NCBI GenBank assembly: GCA_043753995.1
Contig: JAYUVP010000098.1
Span: 1 to 64,000 of the forward strand
Length of the DNA stretch: 64,000 nt
Direction: 5' to 3'
From: Fibrobacterota bacterium
GTDB taxonomy: Bacteria; Fibrobacterota; Fibrobacteria; UBA11236
Part shown: piece by piece, positions 27,525 to 37,025 of the stretch
Layout: each line of letters opens with the position of its first letter
Numbering within the stretch: the stretch's first letter is position 1
Notes under the pieces: generated by a model
The model's input: the letters and a program-made list of their open reading frames with translations, nothing else
Databases searched by the model: none
Told to the model about the DNA's origin: nothing
Translations under genes and position numbers: made by a program

Positions 27525-28748
27525 TCACTTCAGCGATCGGATTTTCCGCGCCAGAAATCTCTTTTGCGGGCCGTCGCTAATCACCTGCTGCAGGGCGCGT
27601 TCATAGGCTTCTCGCGCTGGGTCGCGTTGGCCGGCACGCTCTAGAAAGGCGGCGCGCGCCGAGTGGGCGAGGGCGAAATCGTGTAGGGTGCCGCTGGTCA
27701 TCAAGACGTCGATGCGGCGAATTCCTTCGGCAGGACCCTTGGCCATGCCTTCGGCCACAGCAGCATTGAGATCGACCACGGGCGATGGCGCGCAATCCCG
27801 CAATACCTGATAAAGCCCTGCGATTTGAGGCCAATCCGTTGCGGAAGCGGTTCCCGCTGCGGCATGTAAAGAAGCGATCGCCGCCTGAAGGCAATAAGGA
27901 CCGATAAGACCGGTAGTGAAAGCCTCCTGCAGGAGTGACTGTCCGCGCGCGATGGCAATGCGATCCCAAAGGCTTCGATCTTGGTCTTCCAAAAGAACAA
28001 GCTCCCCCTCGGAGCTCAACCGGGTCGCGCGTCGCGAATCCTGCAAAAGCATTAGGGCCAGGAGGCCTTTGACTTCTTCGTCGGGAGCCAGTTCGAGTAG
28101 CAATTCACCCAGGCGTATGGCCTCGCGCGTGAGATCCGTCCGCAGCAAATCGGCCCCGTCACTTCCGTGATACCCCTCGTTGAAGAGTAGGTAGACCGCG
28201 TGCAAGACCGTTTCCAGCCGTGCGGCGAGATCGGGACCTTCGGGAACCGCGTAGGGGATTTTCGCATCGCGAATTTTGGCCTTAGCGCGAACGATACGCT
28301 GCGCCACCGTGGCCGGGGGACACAGAAAGGCGGCAGCAATGGCTTCGGTGGTCAGCCCGCATACTTCTCGCAAGGTGAGGGCTAAGCGCGCTTCCAGCGA
28401 AAGCGCAGGATGGCAACAAGTAAAGATGAGGCGTAGCGGATCATCCGGCAGCTCTTCGATCGGAATCCTGCCGTCCTCCGGGGCACGGAGTAAATTCTCA
28501 TAACCCTCGGGCAAAGGACTTTGCCGTGCGCGCCGCCGCAGCTTGTCGATGGCGCGAAAACGGCCGGCCGACACCAACCAAGTGCGAGGGTTTTCCGGTA
28601 ATCCCTTTTCAGGCCAGGTGGCTAAGGCTTCGGCGAAAGCATCTTGCACGGCCTCTTCCGCCAAATCCCAATCCCCTAAAAGGCGCACCAAGGTCGCCAA
28701 AATGCGACGCGAATCACGTCGATAAATTTCCTCAACGACCTCACGCAT
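27525..28748 (-). CDS. ECF sigma factor with C-terminal TPR extension (ECF42-type)
   Basis: AEEAVQDAF, LRLIFTCCHPAL, QRIVRAK, LLEDQDRSLWD; adjacent DGPF gene. Confidence 0.9.
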   Translation of the reverse strand: MREVVEEIYRRDSRRILATLVRLLGDWDLAEEAVQDAFAEALATWPEKGLPENPRTWLVSAGRFRAIDKLRRRARQSPLPEGYENLLRAPEDGRIPIEELPDDPLRLIFTCCHPALSLEARLALTLREVCGLTTEAIAAAFLCPPATVAQRIVRAKAKIRDAKIPYAVPEGPDLAARLETVLHAVYLLFNEGYHGSDGADLLRTDLTREAIRLGELLLELAPDEEVKGLLALMLLQDSRRATRLSSEGELVLLEDQDRSLWDRIAIARGQSLLQEAFTTGLIGPYCLQAAIASLHAAAGTASATDWPQIAGLYQVLRDCAPSPVVDLNAAVAEGMAKGPAEGIRRIDVLMTSGTLHDFALAHSARAAFLERAGQRDPAREAYERALQQVISDGPQKRFLARKIRSLK

Positions 28749-28797
28749 GCCCTTTAGTCCCAGCCTTTGAATCCCTATCCTTCACGCCCCCTGTTCC

Positions 28798-29160
28798 TCA
28801 AGCGGGAGGATTAGCAAAGACCACCACCGGCCTCACCTCAACGCAGCCTGTGCGGGCACCGGGGATGCGTCCGGCGATTTGTATGGCCTCATTAAGGTCC
28901 TTGGCATCAATGAGATAAAAGCCGCCCAACTGTTCCTTGGTTTCGGCAAAAGGCCCATCGGTGGTGGCTAACTTGCCGGAGCGAACACGCACCGTGGTGG
29001 CGGTCGTAGTGGGTTGCAAGGCTTCGCCCGCCAAGTATTGACCGCTTTTCTTGATGTCCGTGGTGAAAGCGAAATAATCTTCCATCATCACGCGGTTTTC
29101 GCCTTCTTTGCGCACCGCCATATCCGTTTCACTGCCATAAATCATGCATAGGTATTTCAT
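28798..29160 (-). CDS. YCII-related DGPF-family protein
   Basis: TDGPFAETKEQLGGFY, EVRPV; GGAG RBS before MKYLCM. Confidence 0.92.
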   Translation of the reverse strand: MKYLCMIYGSETDMAVRKEGENRVMMEDYFAFTTDIKKSGQYLAGEALQPTTTATTVRVRSGKLATTDGPFAETKEQLGGFYLIDAKDLNEAIQIAGRIPGARTGCVEVRPVVVFANPPA

Positions 29161-29210
29161 GTTTTTCTCCAATTCGGGAGTCCCGCAGATTCGCGATCTT
29201 CCGTCCTATA

Positions 29211-29238
29211 GTCGAATGACGGCCCCCTCTTTTCGACA
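29211..29238 (-). promoter_or_regulatory. Putative ECF42-type promoter of the DGPF-sigma operon
   Basis: Minus strand TGTCGA-N18-CGAC, matching the recalled ECF42 consensus (-35 TGTCGA, -10 CGA/TC). Confidence 0.65.
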
Positions 29239-29377
29239 GCCCCAAAATAAAACTTCGGGGGGCTCAGGCTCTCGATCCGGGCAATTCTTTATTATTGTCA
29301 GAGTGAACGCGACCGAATAACCTGAAATCCTCTTCCACACCCATTTGGGCCATCGCCCGCCCTTTCGAGCCATTCGC

Positions 29378-30745
29378 ATGAGCAATTCCATTTCCGCAAG
29401 ACCACCGAGTCTCACTAGCATCGCTTTGCCGATTTTTGGGGAATTCGGTTTGCATTTGCTTGTGAACATGACATCGACCCTGTTGATCAGCCGTCAATCG
29501 GAGTCCGCCGCCGCAGCCATCAATACGGTTTTCTTTCTGCTGTTTTTCTGCTACATGCTGCTGCGCTTCGTCACCATGGGCGCGAGCGTGGTGGCCACGC
29601 AATACCTGGGCGCGGGGGATAGCAAGAATGCGCGCGCGGTAGCGGCAGATGCCTTCAATGGTTCTTTATGGTTAGGCGGCTTACTGGCGTTGATCTTAAG
29701 CCTGGGCGCGGGTCCGATTCTCAATGCCTGGAGTTTTCCAGCGGACCTTTTGCCCTATGCCAAGCCTTACCTGCACGTGCTGGGCATCCTATTGGTTTTC
29801 GAAGCGCCGAATCAATGTCTCATCGCTTTGATGCGATCCTTTGGTCGCGCCCGGTCCAGCTTTCAAATGAACCTCGTCTCTTATGCCGTTTCGGTGAGTG
29901 GGCTGGTGATTGTCCTGTATGCATGGGATGCGCCCATTCTCACCAAAATGCCGGTCCTGGCGGGAACGGCATTATTGGGCCGCGTTTTCTTTTTGGCGGG
30001 GATGTGGTGGTTGCAAAAATCCGTGATCGACTTGCCATGGCGCGGAAATTTCTTTTGGAAAATCCAATGGCAGCGCATCAAACCCGTATTGGCCATCGGC
30101 GGGCCGGCGGCGGCGGAAAATGTTTCGTATCAGGCCAGTTTCATGCTGATTATGAAGTTTATCGGCCTCTTGGGCGCCAAGGCCATCGTAGCGCAAAGTT
30201 TCGTTCGTATCGTCATGAATTTCATTCTAACGTCGGGCATGGCCCTGGGGTTGGCCACCGAAGTGGTGATTGGTTATCAAGTCGGTGCGGGGGATTTGGA
30301 GGGGGCCGAACGTCAATTACGACGCAGCCTGTATTACGGCTGGCTTTTTGCAGCGGGCTTGGCCATCTCCGCAGCCATATTTGCGGAACCCATTTTACGC
30401 ATTTTCACGCAAGACCCCGATACCTTGGCCCTGGGTATTCCGATTTTGCGGCTATGCGTCTTGGTCGAAACCGGTCGCACGTTCAACCTCATCGTTATCA
30501 ATGCGCTACGGGCAGCGGGAGACGTCCGCTTCGCGGTTTACTTCGGGGCTTTTTCGATGTGGGGGATTGCGGTACCGTTGGCCTGGGCTTTAGGGCTTCA
30601 TAGTCCGCTGGCCCTGATGGGTGTGTGGCTGGCCTATGCAGCAGACGAATGGGTTCGGGGCCTGGCGAATTGGTGGCGTTGGCGCCAAGGCCATTGGCGC
30701 CGCTTCGCTACCGCCATTAAGAATCGCATGGATGGCGAGCGGTAG
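29378..30745 (+). CDS. MATE family efflux transporter
   Basis: About 12 TM; ATQYLGAG, GYQVGAG, NALRAAGD, ADEWVRG. Confidence 0.9.
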   Translation: MSNSISARPPSLTSIALPIFGEFGLHLLVNMTSTLLISRQSESAAAAINTVFFLLFFCYMLLRFVTMGASVVATQYLGAGDSKNARAVAADAFNGSLWLGGLLALILSLGAGPILNAWSFPADLLPYAKPYLHVLGILLVFEAPNQCLIALMRSFGRARSSFQMNLVSYAVSVSGLVIVLYAWDAPILTKMPVLAGTALLGRVFFLAGMWWLQKSVIDLPWRGNFFWKIQWQRIKPVLAIGGPAAAENVSYQASFMLIMKFIGLLGAKAIVAQSFVRIVMNFILTSGMALGLATEVVIGYQVGAGDLEGAERQLRRSLYYGWLFAAGLAISAAIFAEPILRIFTQDPDTLALGIPILRLCVLVETGRTFNLIVINALRAAGDVRFAVYFGAFSMWGIAVPLAWALGLHSPLALMGVWLAYAADEWVRGLANWWRWRQGHWRRFATAIKNRMDGER

Positions 30746-30787
30746 AGGAAAGCGATAAAACCCGCAAAATGTCCAGAAGGGACCGCA

Positions 30788-31594
30788 ATGGATAAAACCG
30801 AATTCAAGATTCCAAAAATGGATTGCTCGGCCGAGGAGCAGTTGATTCGCATGAAGCTGGATTCCTTGAACGGCATTCAAAGGCTACTATTCGATTTACC
30901 AGCGAGAAAACTTGAAGTCTTTCATATCGGCAAAGCCCAAGAAATTCTAAGCCAACTGGAGAGGCTAAATCTGGGAGCCACCCAGCTAGCTCATGTGGAA
31001 AATGTTTCCACTGAAGGCGAGGCTGTAGCGGAGGTGGAGGACAAGAAAGAGAAAGCCCCGCTGATAGCGGCATTCTCCATCAATGCCATTCTTTTTGTGG
31101 CAGAATTCATCGTAGGAATACTGGCCTATTCCCTCGGACTGATTGCCGACTCCTTGGACATGTTGGCGGATGCCGTAGTTTATGCCATGGCCTTGGTCGC
31201 CGTGGGTGGTCCCGCCTTGAAAAAGAAAAACATTGCCCTTCTGACAGGATACTTCCAGGGATTCCTCGCTTGCGCGGGACTTGCCGAAGTCCTCCGGCGC
31301 GGAATCGCGGGGGAAGGCATTCCGGATTTCCGAGCCATGATCCTACTGTCCTGCATTGCCTTGATTGGGAATGGGACGACCTTGCTCATCCTGAATTCGA
31401 CTAAAAAAGCGGGCGTCCACATGAAAGCCGCCTGGATTTGCACCTCGGTGGACGTGCAAGTGAATGCCTTGGTCATCCTTTCGGGAGCCATCGTTTTTTA
31501 TACAGGGTCACGATATCCTGACCTAATGTCGGGGGCCATCATTTTTCTTCTCGTGGGGAATGGAGCTAGAAGAATCCTGGCTCTTGCGCGGTAG
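30788..31594 (+). CDS. Cation diffusion facilitator with N-terminal HMA-like domain
   Basis: KMDCSAEE; SLGLIADSLDMLAD; HMKAAWICTSVD. Confidence 0.9.
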   Translation: MDKTEFKIPKMDCSAEEQLIRMKLDSLNGIQRLLFDLPARKLEVFHIGKAQEILSQLERLNLGATQLAHVENVSTEGEAVAEVEDKKEKAPLIAAFSINAILFVAEFIVGILAYSLGLIADSLDMLADAVVYAMALVAVGGPALKKKNIALLTGYFQGFLACAGLAEVLRRGIAGEGIPDFRAMILLSCIALIGNGTTLLILNSTKKAGVHMKAAWICTSVDVQVNALVILSGAIVFYTGSRYPDLMSGAIIFLLVGNGARRILALAR

Positions 31595-31609
31595 ATATCG
31601 GTGAATTGC

Positions 31610-32143
31610 CTATTTCCGCTCCGCCGCCAAAACCCTGGGGAACAATTCCTCATCTTCTTTGGCGATATGCTCCTCTAATTCCTGATCCAGCTTCGACAAG
31701 CCCTCGAGCATGGCCCGGTAGGTGCCGCAAGCCCATGCCGGGACCGAATAACCCTCCGTCAATTCCCGCAGGCGAGCCATGGCCGCTTTGGTTTCCCTAT
31801 GTTCCAATTGCATTTGGCGAATGGGATTTGCCAACGATCCACAATGGAATTTTGGTTTTGTTTCCGCTGCGTCAAGCGATCGGATCATCGGAAACAGTAT
31901 GCTCTCTTCTTTCATCATGTGTCGCAACATCTCTTGCGTCAAGGCGACCACAATATCCAGGATTTCACCTAACCTGCTATCCTTGCTTCCATGCACAATG
32001 GAAACCTTTTCCACCAAGGCCATGATGCGCGGAAGTTCAGCATTGAGGAAAGCGTGGTGGGTGCATTCAATTTGGCCAGCTAGATCCGACAAGGACAGTT
32101 CGATGGGTTCCGCGCCTTCGATCCGTTTTGTTTCCGTTTGCAT
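31610..32143 (-). CDS. Hemerythrin-like di-iron protein (Ric/YtfE/ScdA-like, lacking the N-terminal domain)
   Basis: THHAFL..ELP, HMMKEE.ILFP, PIRQMQLEH, P.WACGTYR, HIAKED.ELFP. Confidence 0.85.
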   Translation of the reverse strand: MQTETKRIEGAEPIELSLSDLAGQIECTHHAFLNAELPRIMALVEKVSIVHGSKDSRLGEILDIVVALTQEMLRHMMKEESILFPMIRSLDAAETKPKFHCGSLANPIRQMQLEHRETKAAMARLRELTEGYSVPAWACGTYRAMLEGLSKLDQELEEHIAKEDEELFPRVLAAERK

Positions 32144-32377
32144 TTCGACCGCCTCTTTTTGAATATCTGAAAGGTCGCGAGATGCATGCCATCCAACTTC
32201 CGGTCGAAATTCAGAGAGAATGGAGCTTCATGCCTGCTTTCGCCAAAATAACTGCCGCTTTGGCAAGGCTAAGGTAAAGATGGCGCGAAACCGTGCATGC
32301 ACGGTCACCAGGAACCGACCTAATTTTCAAGCGATTTGTCTGAAGGGAATGCCAGCCCATCGGGCTGGCGAGGGAAA

Positions 32378-32917
32378 TTAAGCCTGCGTATTCACCATCT
32401 TAAAGCGCACGCGGTAGTGGCCACCTTCGCCATAGAAGTTTAATAGTGGCAGATCCCCTTCCGAGGTGTTGATGGACAGATGGCGGGCTTGTATGAACTC
32501 GTCATTGGCAAGCATACCCTTGATCGTGGCCGAGAAGTGAGTGACCATGAGGCTCGCTCGCTGTGCCGTGGTCAAGTTCCAATCTTTATAGGATTCCCAG
32601 TAAATCTTCATTATGGACTTGAGTAGTATCGACACATTATCACTGAAGTCTGGGTCGAAATCTTCTTCCACTAGGGCGACTACCACCACGGTATTGCTAT
32701 CCACATGGTTGTGCGCCCACAAATTCGGAGTAAATAGCTTGCCATCATGAGCATTGTTATCCCATTCGGACAAACGCAGTCTCACGACATCGGTGAAATT
32801 TTCTTGGCTTCGGTTGCCTATAAAAACCAGGAAGTAGGGGCTGTCATCATAGCTTTCATCGGTGTCAGTGACACAGCGGAATTCCTTCAGATACAATAGA
32901 CTCGGATAAAAGGCCAT
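32378..32917 (-). CDS. Hypothetical protein (AT-rich)
   Basis: 179-aa ORF with GGAG RBS; 8-bp hairpin downstream at 32351-32369. Confidence 0.65.
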   Translation of the reverse strand: MAFYPSLLYLKEFRCVTDTDESYDDSPYFLVFIGNRSQENFTDVVRLRLSEWDNNAHDGKLFTPNLWAHNHVDSNTVVVVALVEEDFDPDFSDNVSILLKSIMKIYWESYKDWNLTTAQRASLMVTHFSATIKGMLANDEFIQARHLSINTSEGDLPLLNFYGEGGHYRVRFKMVNTQA

Positions 32918-33110
32918 ATCATCTCCAATTGAGTAGGCGAGTTTTGACTGCCCTGATGCATCATCGCAGCAGTCTCAATTGGATAGCCGAGTGGAGAAAA
33001 CGGTAACGTCTAGTTGTGGAGGCTAACCAGTCCCAGTAGCGATAAAATCCCAATGGGCAAAAGGAGAATCCATTGGGGCAAAATAAGAAGCTTTTTATTC
33101 CCGCTTTCCC

Positions 33111-33290
33111 TCAATGTGAGGACAAGAAACACAATGAAACTGTAACCATATGCCAGCAAGCATGCATTACACCCTTAGGAACGGGATTCATATCTGATTT
33201 TATGAGTGGCCTTACTATTTCAACTTGGCCGCCTATATTATGAAGGAGTGCGGTCCCAAAGCAAACCATTGCCGAGAGTAGCCAGTAATC
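33111..33290 (-). pseudogene. Fragment of a small membrane protein gene
   Basis: TALLHNIGGQ..IVRPL...HACWHMVT reads like the N-half of a membrane protein family and stops early. Confidence 0.4.
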
Positions 33291-33367
33291 TTCCCAATCC
33301 CGAAGGGCCACGCCCACACCCAAAAACCACAACCCCATTCTCTCGTCCCACCCCCTATACTTTTTCC

Positions 33368-34399
33368 ATGCGAAAAACATTTGGTTTAGGTCTAACCCTG
33401 TTTGTAATCGGATTCATGGCCTGCGAGAAAAACTCCGGAAGCGGGAACCCCGTCACCACGGACGATCGTAATGGAAAGGAGAATCCCATTACCCCGACCA
33501 CGGGCATCAAGGGGCATTTCTACTACACCTATGACGACGAGGTTTTCCGGATTGAGGCATCCTCCGGCGCCGTAGCGCAGAATATCTCCGAGGCCTTGGC
33601 CAAGCTGAGCGAGGGAAGTCGCGATAGGCGCATTAATGCTAGCACCGACGGTACGCATATGACAATTTCGACCGATCGCTTCGGGTGCGAAGCGGAATGC
33701 TTAGCCCTGATTCCGAAATCCCTTGCCAGCGGTGAACTCGTGAAGCCGGGAGGCGAGGATGCGTATACCGAAGGAATCGCAGCGGTGTCTAACAATGGCG
33801 AGCTTATCATCTACCCCGCCCAAGGTGGACCCCACCGAGTAGACCTCTTCGCCACGCGCAAGCAAGGATCGGGATGGAGCGCGCCTATCCTTCTCACTTC
33901 GGCCTCCAATTATTCATACAATAACATGCCTTCCCTCTCCCTCGATGGCTCGCGAATCGCATTCGATTGCGGCGCCGAACCTTACCCCGAGGCTGGCTCC
34001 AACGATGCTTGCGAAGTGAAGGCAGATGGAACCGGGTTCCGAAAAATCGTCAGCCCCAGCGCGCTTTCAAACCCTCGCAATTCCTATGTGCAGAATCCGC
34101 ATGAAGGCGTGGATGGCTTGCTCTTCGAATCGAGCTGGCCCATCGGCGACGATCACCCCGAGACCATTTGGCTGCTTCCCGCCACCGGCGGATCACCCAA
34201 GCCAATCGGAACGGCCTTTCCCAATGCCGTCTCTCCTTGCGCCCTCTCAGACGGACGTTTCGGAATGCTCTGGCTGGGACGTAGCGGCAATGCTACGGGT
34301 GCCCATGAACTCGTAGTGGCAGAGAGAGACGGTTCCAGCGCCATCACGCTCACTCCCAATCTCGACGTGAACGATATCGGAATCGGCTGCAGCGACTAA
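33368..34399 (+). CDS. Lipoprotein with TolB/PD40-like propeller
   Basis: MRKTFGLG...FMAC lipobox; MPSLSLDGSRIAF; GWSAP. Confidence 0.8.
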   Translation: MRKTFGLGLTLFVIGFMACEKNSGSGNPVTTDDRNGKENPITPTTGIKGHFYYTYDDEVFRIEASSGAVAQNISEALAKLSEGSRDRRINASTDGTHMTISTDRFGCEAECLALIPKSLASGELVKPGGEDAYTEGIAAVSNNGELIIYPAQGGPHRVDLFATRKQGSGWSAPILLTSASNYSYNNMPSLSLDGSRIAFDCGAEPYPEAGSNDACEVKADGTGFRKIVSPSALSNPRNSYVQNPHEGVDGLLFESSWPIGDDHPETIWLLPATGGSPKPIGTAFPNAVSPCALSDGRFGMLWLGRSGNATGAHELVVAERDGSSAITLTPNLDVNDIGIGCSD

Positions 34400-34480
34400 A
34401 TAAAGTCCGCCCTTCCGAACGATTTATCGGGTTATCCGAAACCCCTTCACATGCCGCCTTTCCCCGGCCTTTCTTTAAAA

Positions 34481-34494
34481 TGAATAATCATTCA
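34481..34494. promoter_or_regulatory. Putative TetR operator
   Basis: TGAAT-AATC-ATTCA palindrome 13 bp upstream of the tetR start. Confidence 0.65.
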
Positions 34495-34507
34495 CTATAT
34501 TTTCGGC

Positions 34508-35086
34508 ATGTCTCCTCGTACCGAACAACAAAACCAAGCGTTGCGTGACAAGACCCGCGCGCGCATCATGGCCGCAGGATTGAAACTTTTCAGCCGCAAA
34601 GGCTATGGCGAAACCTCGGTGCAAAGCCTGGCCCGTGAGGCCAAGGTCGCCCAAGGCCATCTGTACCGGCACTTTTCAAGTAAGTCTGAATTGCTGCGCG
34701 CCTTGATGCAGCAAAGCATGGATGATGTGCGCCAATCCTTTGCGGCAGCCAAGGGCGAAGGCCGTGGCGATCCTCTGCGACGCTTGGTGGAAGAAGCCGT
34801 GAGGCTTTTGCAGCAGCATCTCGAAGCCTGGCAATTGGCCTATGCCATTCGCATGCAAAGCGCCGTGCTCAAGACCCTGGCGCGCGACTTCAATGAGATG
34901 CGGGAAGAAATCGCTTCCTTTTTAATCACCCTTTTTAAAAGGCGGGGTTCTCGTCAACCTGAAGTGGACGCCGCCTTGTTTTTCGCCCAACTCGATGGCC
35001 TGTGTCAACACTATGCCATGAACCCGAAGCATTACCCGCTGGCCGAGCTTGCCGAGGCCTGGATGGCCAAGGAGGAAATAAAATGA
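34508..35086 (+). CDS. TetR/AcrR family regulator
   Basis: LFSRKGYGETSVQSLAREAKVAQGHLYRHFSSKSELL HTH. Confidence 0.93.
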   Translation: MSPRTEQQNQALRDKTRARIMAAGLKLFSRKGYGETSVQSLAREAKVAQGHLYRHFSSKSELLRALMQQSMDDVRQSFAAAKGEGRGDPLRRLVEEAVRLLQQHLEAWQLAYAIRMQSAVLKTLARDFNEMREEIASFLITLFKRRGSRQPEVDAALFFAQLDGLCQHYAMNPKHYPLAELAEAWMAKEEIK

Positions 35087-35934
35087 AAATCGTTACGGAA
35101 ATGACACAGCTCGACTCGGGCCGCATTCACAGCCTAAGTATGGGACAAGGTCGACCCTTGCTTTTCATCCATGGCACGCCCACTTCCCATGCCGATTGGC
35201 GGGGGGTGATGTCGAGGCTCGCCGCAAGCCGAAAGTGTATTGCCCCCGATCATTTGGGCTTCGGCCGGTCGGAAAGGCCGGCCCAGGCGGATTATTCACC
35301 GGCTGCGCATGCGAGCCGCTTAGCCCAATGGGTGGAAAAGCAAGGCCTGCAGGACTTCGACCTCGTTGTCCATGATTTTGGTGGACCCATTGCCCTGCCC
35401 CTACTGCGTCAAACCAACCTTCGCATCGGCAAGGTTGTTTTGATCAATACCTGGATGTGGCCACTTATTGAGCACACCGAATTGCGAAGCGCCATTCGCT
35501 TGGCTGCGGGTCCGGTGGGGAAATGGCTTTATCGCCACCTCAATTTTTCTCCGCGCTTTCTCATGCCCATGGCCTATGGGGATCGCAAGAAGCTCGATCG
35601 AGGCATGCACCTCGAAGCTATGAATGCCTTTCAGTCCAAGGAGGATCGAGAACGGGTACTTTGGGCTTTGGCGAAATCGCTGCTTGACGAGACGGGGTTT
35701 AATCAGGAACTTTGGAACTTGCGTGAAGCCTTAAGTCAGCGCCCGGTTTTGCTGGCCTGGGGTGTCAAGGATAGGGCTCTTAATTCGGTGGTTTTAAATA
35801 GGTGGCGAGAATTAAGCCAAGGGAATGGGGGACAAGGCTTTAAGATTCGCACCTATGCCGATGCCGGTCACTGGCCTCAGATCGAAGCGGAGGTCCATGT
35901 GGCAGAAGATATTTCGGCCTTTCTGAAAGATTGA
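35083..35934 (+). CDS. Alpha/beta hydrolase (haloalkane dehalogenase-like fold)
   Basis: HGTPT, APDHLGFGRS, HDFGG nucleophile elbow, AGHWPQ; ATGA coupling to tetR. Confidence 0.9.
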   Translation: MKIVTEMTQLDSGRIHSLSMGQGRPLLFIHGTPTSHADWRGVMSRLAASRKCIAPDHLGFGRSERPAQADYSPAAHASRLAQWVEKQGLQDFDLVVHDFGGPIALPLLRQTNLRIGKVVLINTWMWPLIEHTELRSAIRLAAGPVGKWLYRHLNFSPRFLMPMAYGDRKKLDRGMHLEAMNAFQSKEDRERVLWALAKSLLDETGFNQELWNLREALSQRPVLLAWGVKDRALNSVVLNRWRELSQGNGGQGFKIRTYADAGHWPQIEAEVHVAEDISAFLKD

Positions 35935-35965
35935 TTTTTCCTCCTCAGGTAAGCAGAATGAAAGC

Positions 35966-36994
35966 ATGAAAAAGCCCCCGCCCTTCGATCCCCAAACCCT
36001 GGCACTGACCGAATCCCTGTTAGATTCGGCTGGGGTCCAGGGGGATGCCTTTCAGCGTCAATGGATTGGAGAGATGATTCATTCCGTCCTGCAACTCGGC
36101 CTCGATGGGCCCGATTCGGGGGAAGTGAAGCTCATGGCCAGGAGCTTCCGAGAATTGCGACATGCTTTAAATGTCTTCCGGCCTTACAAGGGCCGTAAGA
36201 AAGTGTCCATATTCGGATCGGCGCGCACACCACCGGATCATCCCGATTATCTCTGCGCGCGCGATTTCGCTGCGTCCATGGGAAGGCGGGGTTGGATGTC
36301 CATCACGGGGGCTGGCCCAGGCATCATGCAGGCGGGCAATGAGGGGGCGGGGCCGGGGAATTCCTTCGGGCTGTCCATTCGGCTGCCTTGGGAGACCAAT
36401 GGCAATCCCTTCATCGCCAAAGATTCCAAGTTCATGGTCTTCCGGTATTTCTTCACGCGGAAGCTTCTCTTCGCCTTGGGTGCCGATGCCATGGCAGTTT
36501 TCCCCGGGGGATTTGGCACGCTCGATGAATGCTTCGAGCTGCTGACCTTGATTCAAACCGGCAAATCCCCGCTCCTCCCAATCGTCTTGATTAGCCCGGA
36601 GGGAAATGATTATTGGAAGTCTTTCCGAACCTATATGGAAGACCACTTTGTCCGTAATGGCTGGATCAACCAGGAAGATTTGTTTTTGTTCCAGATCTTC
36701 TCTGACGTGGAAGCCGCATCCGATTATGTGGAACGATTCTACCGGAATTACCACTCGTCCCGATTCGTTGGCGATCAATTCGTGATCCGCATGCAGAAAA
36801 CCCTAAAACCGGAAGAACTTGAGTCCTTGAACGAGGCTCATGCGGGGCTATGCGTCAAGGGCTATATCGACCAGGGAGTGGCCTTGAAAGGGGAAGAGGA
36901 TTTCCTGGATTTGCCCCGCCTGGTTTTCCAATTCAACCGGAAGCATTATGGTGGGCTTCGGCTCATGATTGACCGGCTGAATCAGTTTGGCTGA
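35966..36994 (+). CDS. LOG family (TIGR00730-like) nucleotide phosphoribohydrolase, long form
   Basis: FGSART, TGAGPGIMQAGN, YFFTRK, PGGFGTLDE. Confidence 0.9.
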   Translation: MKKPPPFDPQTLALTESLLDSAGVQGDAFQRQWIGEMIHSVLQLGLDGPDSGEVKLMARSFRELRHALNVFRPYKGRKKVSIFGSARTPPDHPDYLCARDFAASMGRRGWMSITGAGPGIMQAGNEGAGPGNSFGLSIRLPWETNGNPFIAKDSKFMVFRYFFTRKLLFALGADAMAVFPGGFGTLDECFELLTLIQTGKSPLLPIVLISPEGNDYWKSFRTYMEDHFVRNGWINQEDLFLFQIFSDVEAASDYVERFYRNYHSSRFVGDQFVIRMQKTLKPEELESLNEAHAGLCVKGYIDQGVALKGEEDFLDLPRLVFQFNRKHYGGLRLMIDRLNQFG

Positions 36995-37025
36995 GAGGGT
37001 TTTGAAAGAGGCTGCGCTTGAATCT

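Noticed and set aside
29668..30603. 311-aa alternate-frame ORF in the MATE gene (likewise 15703..16620 and 18392..19186 antisense)
   Set aside because: Fully overlapped by well-supported genes; no recognisable domain
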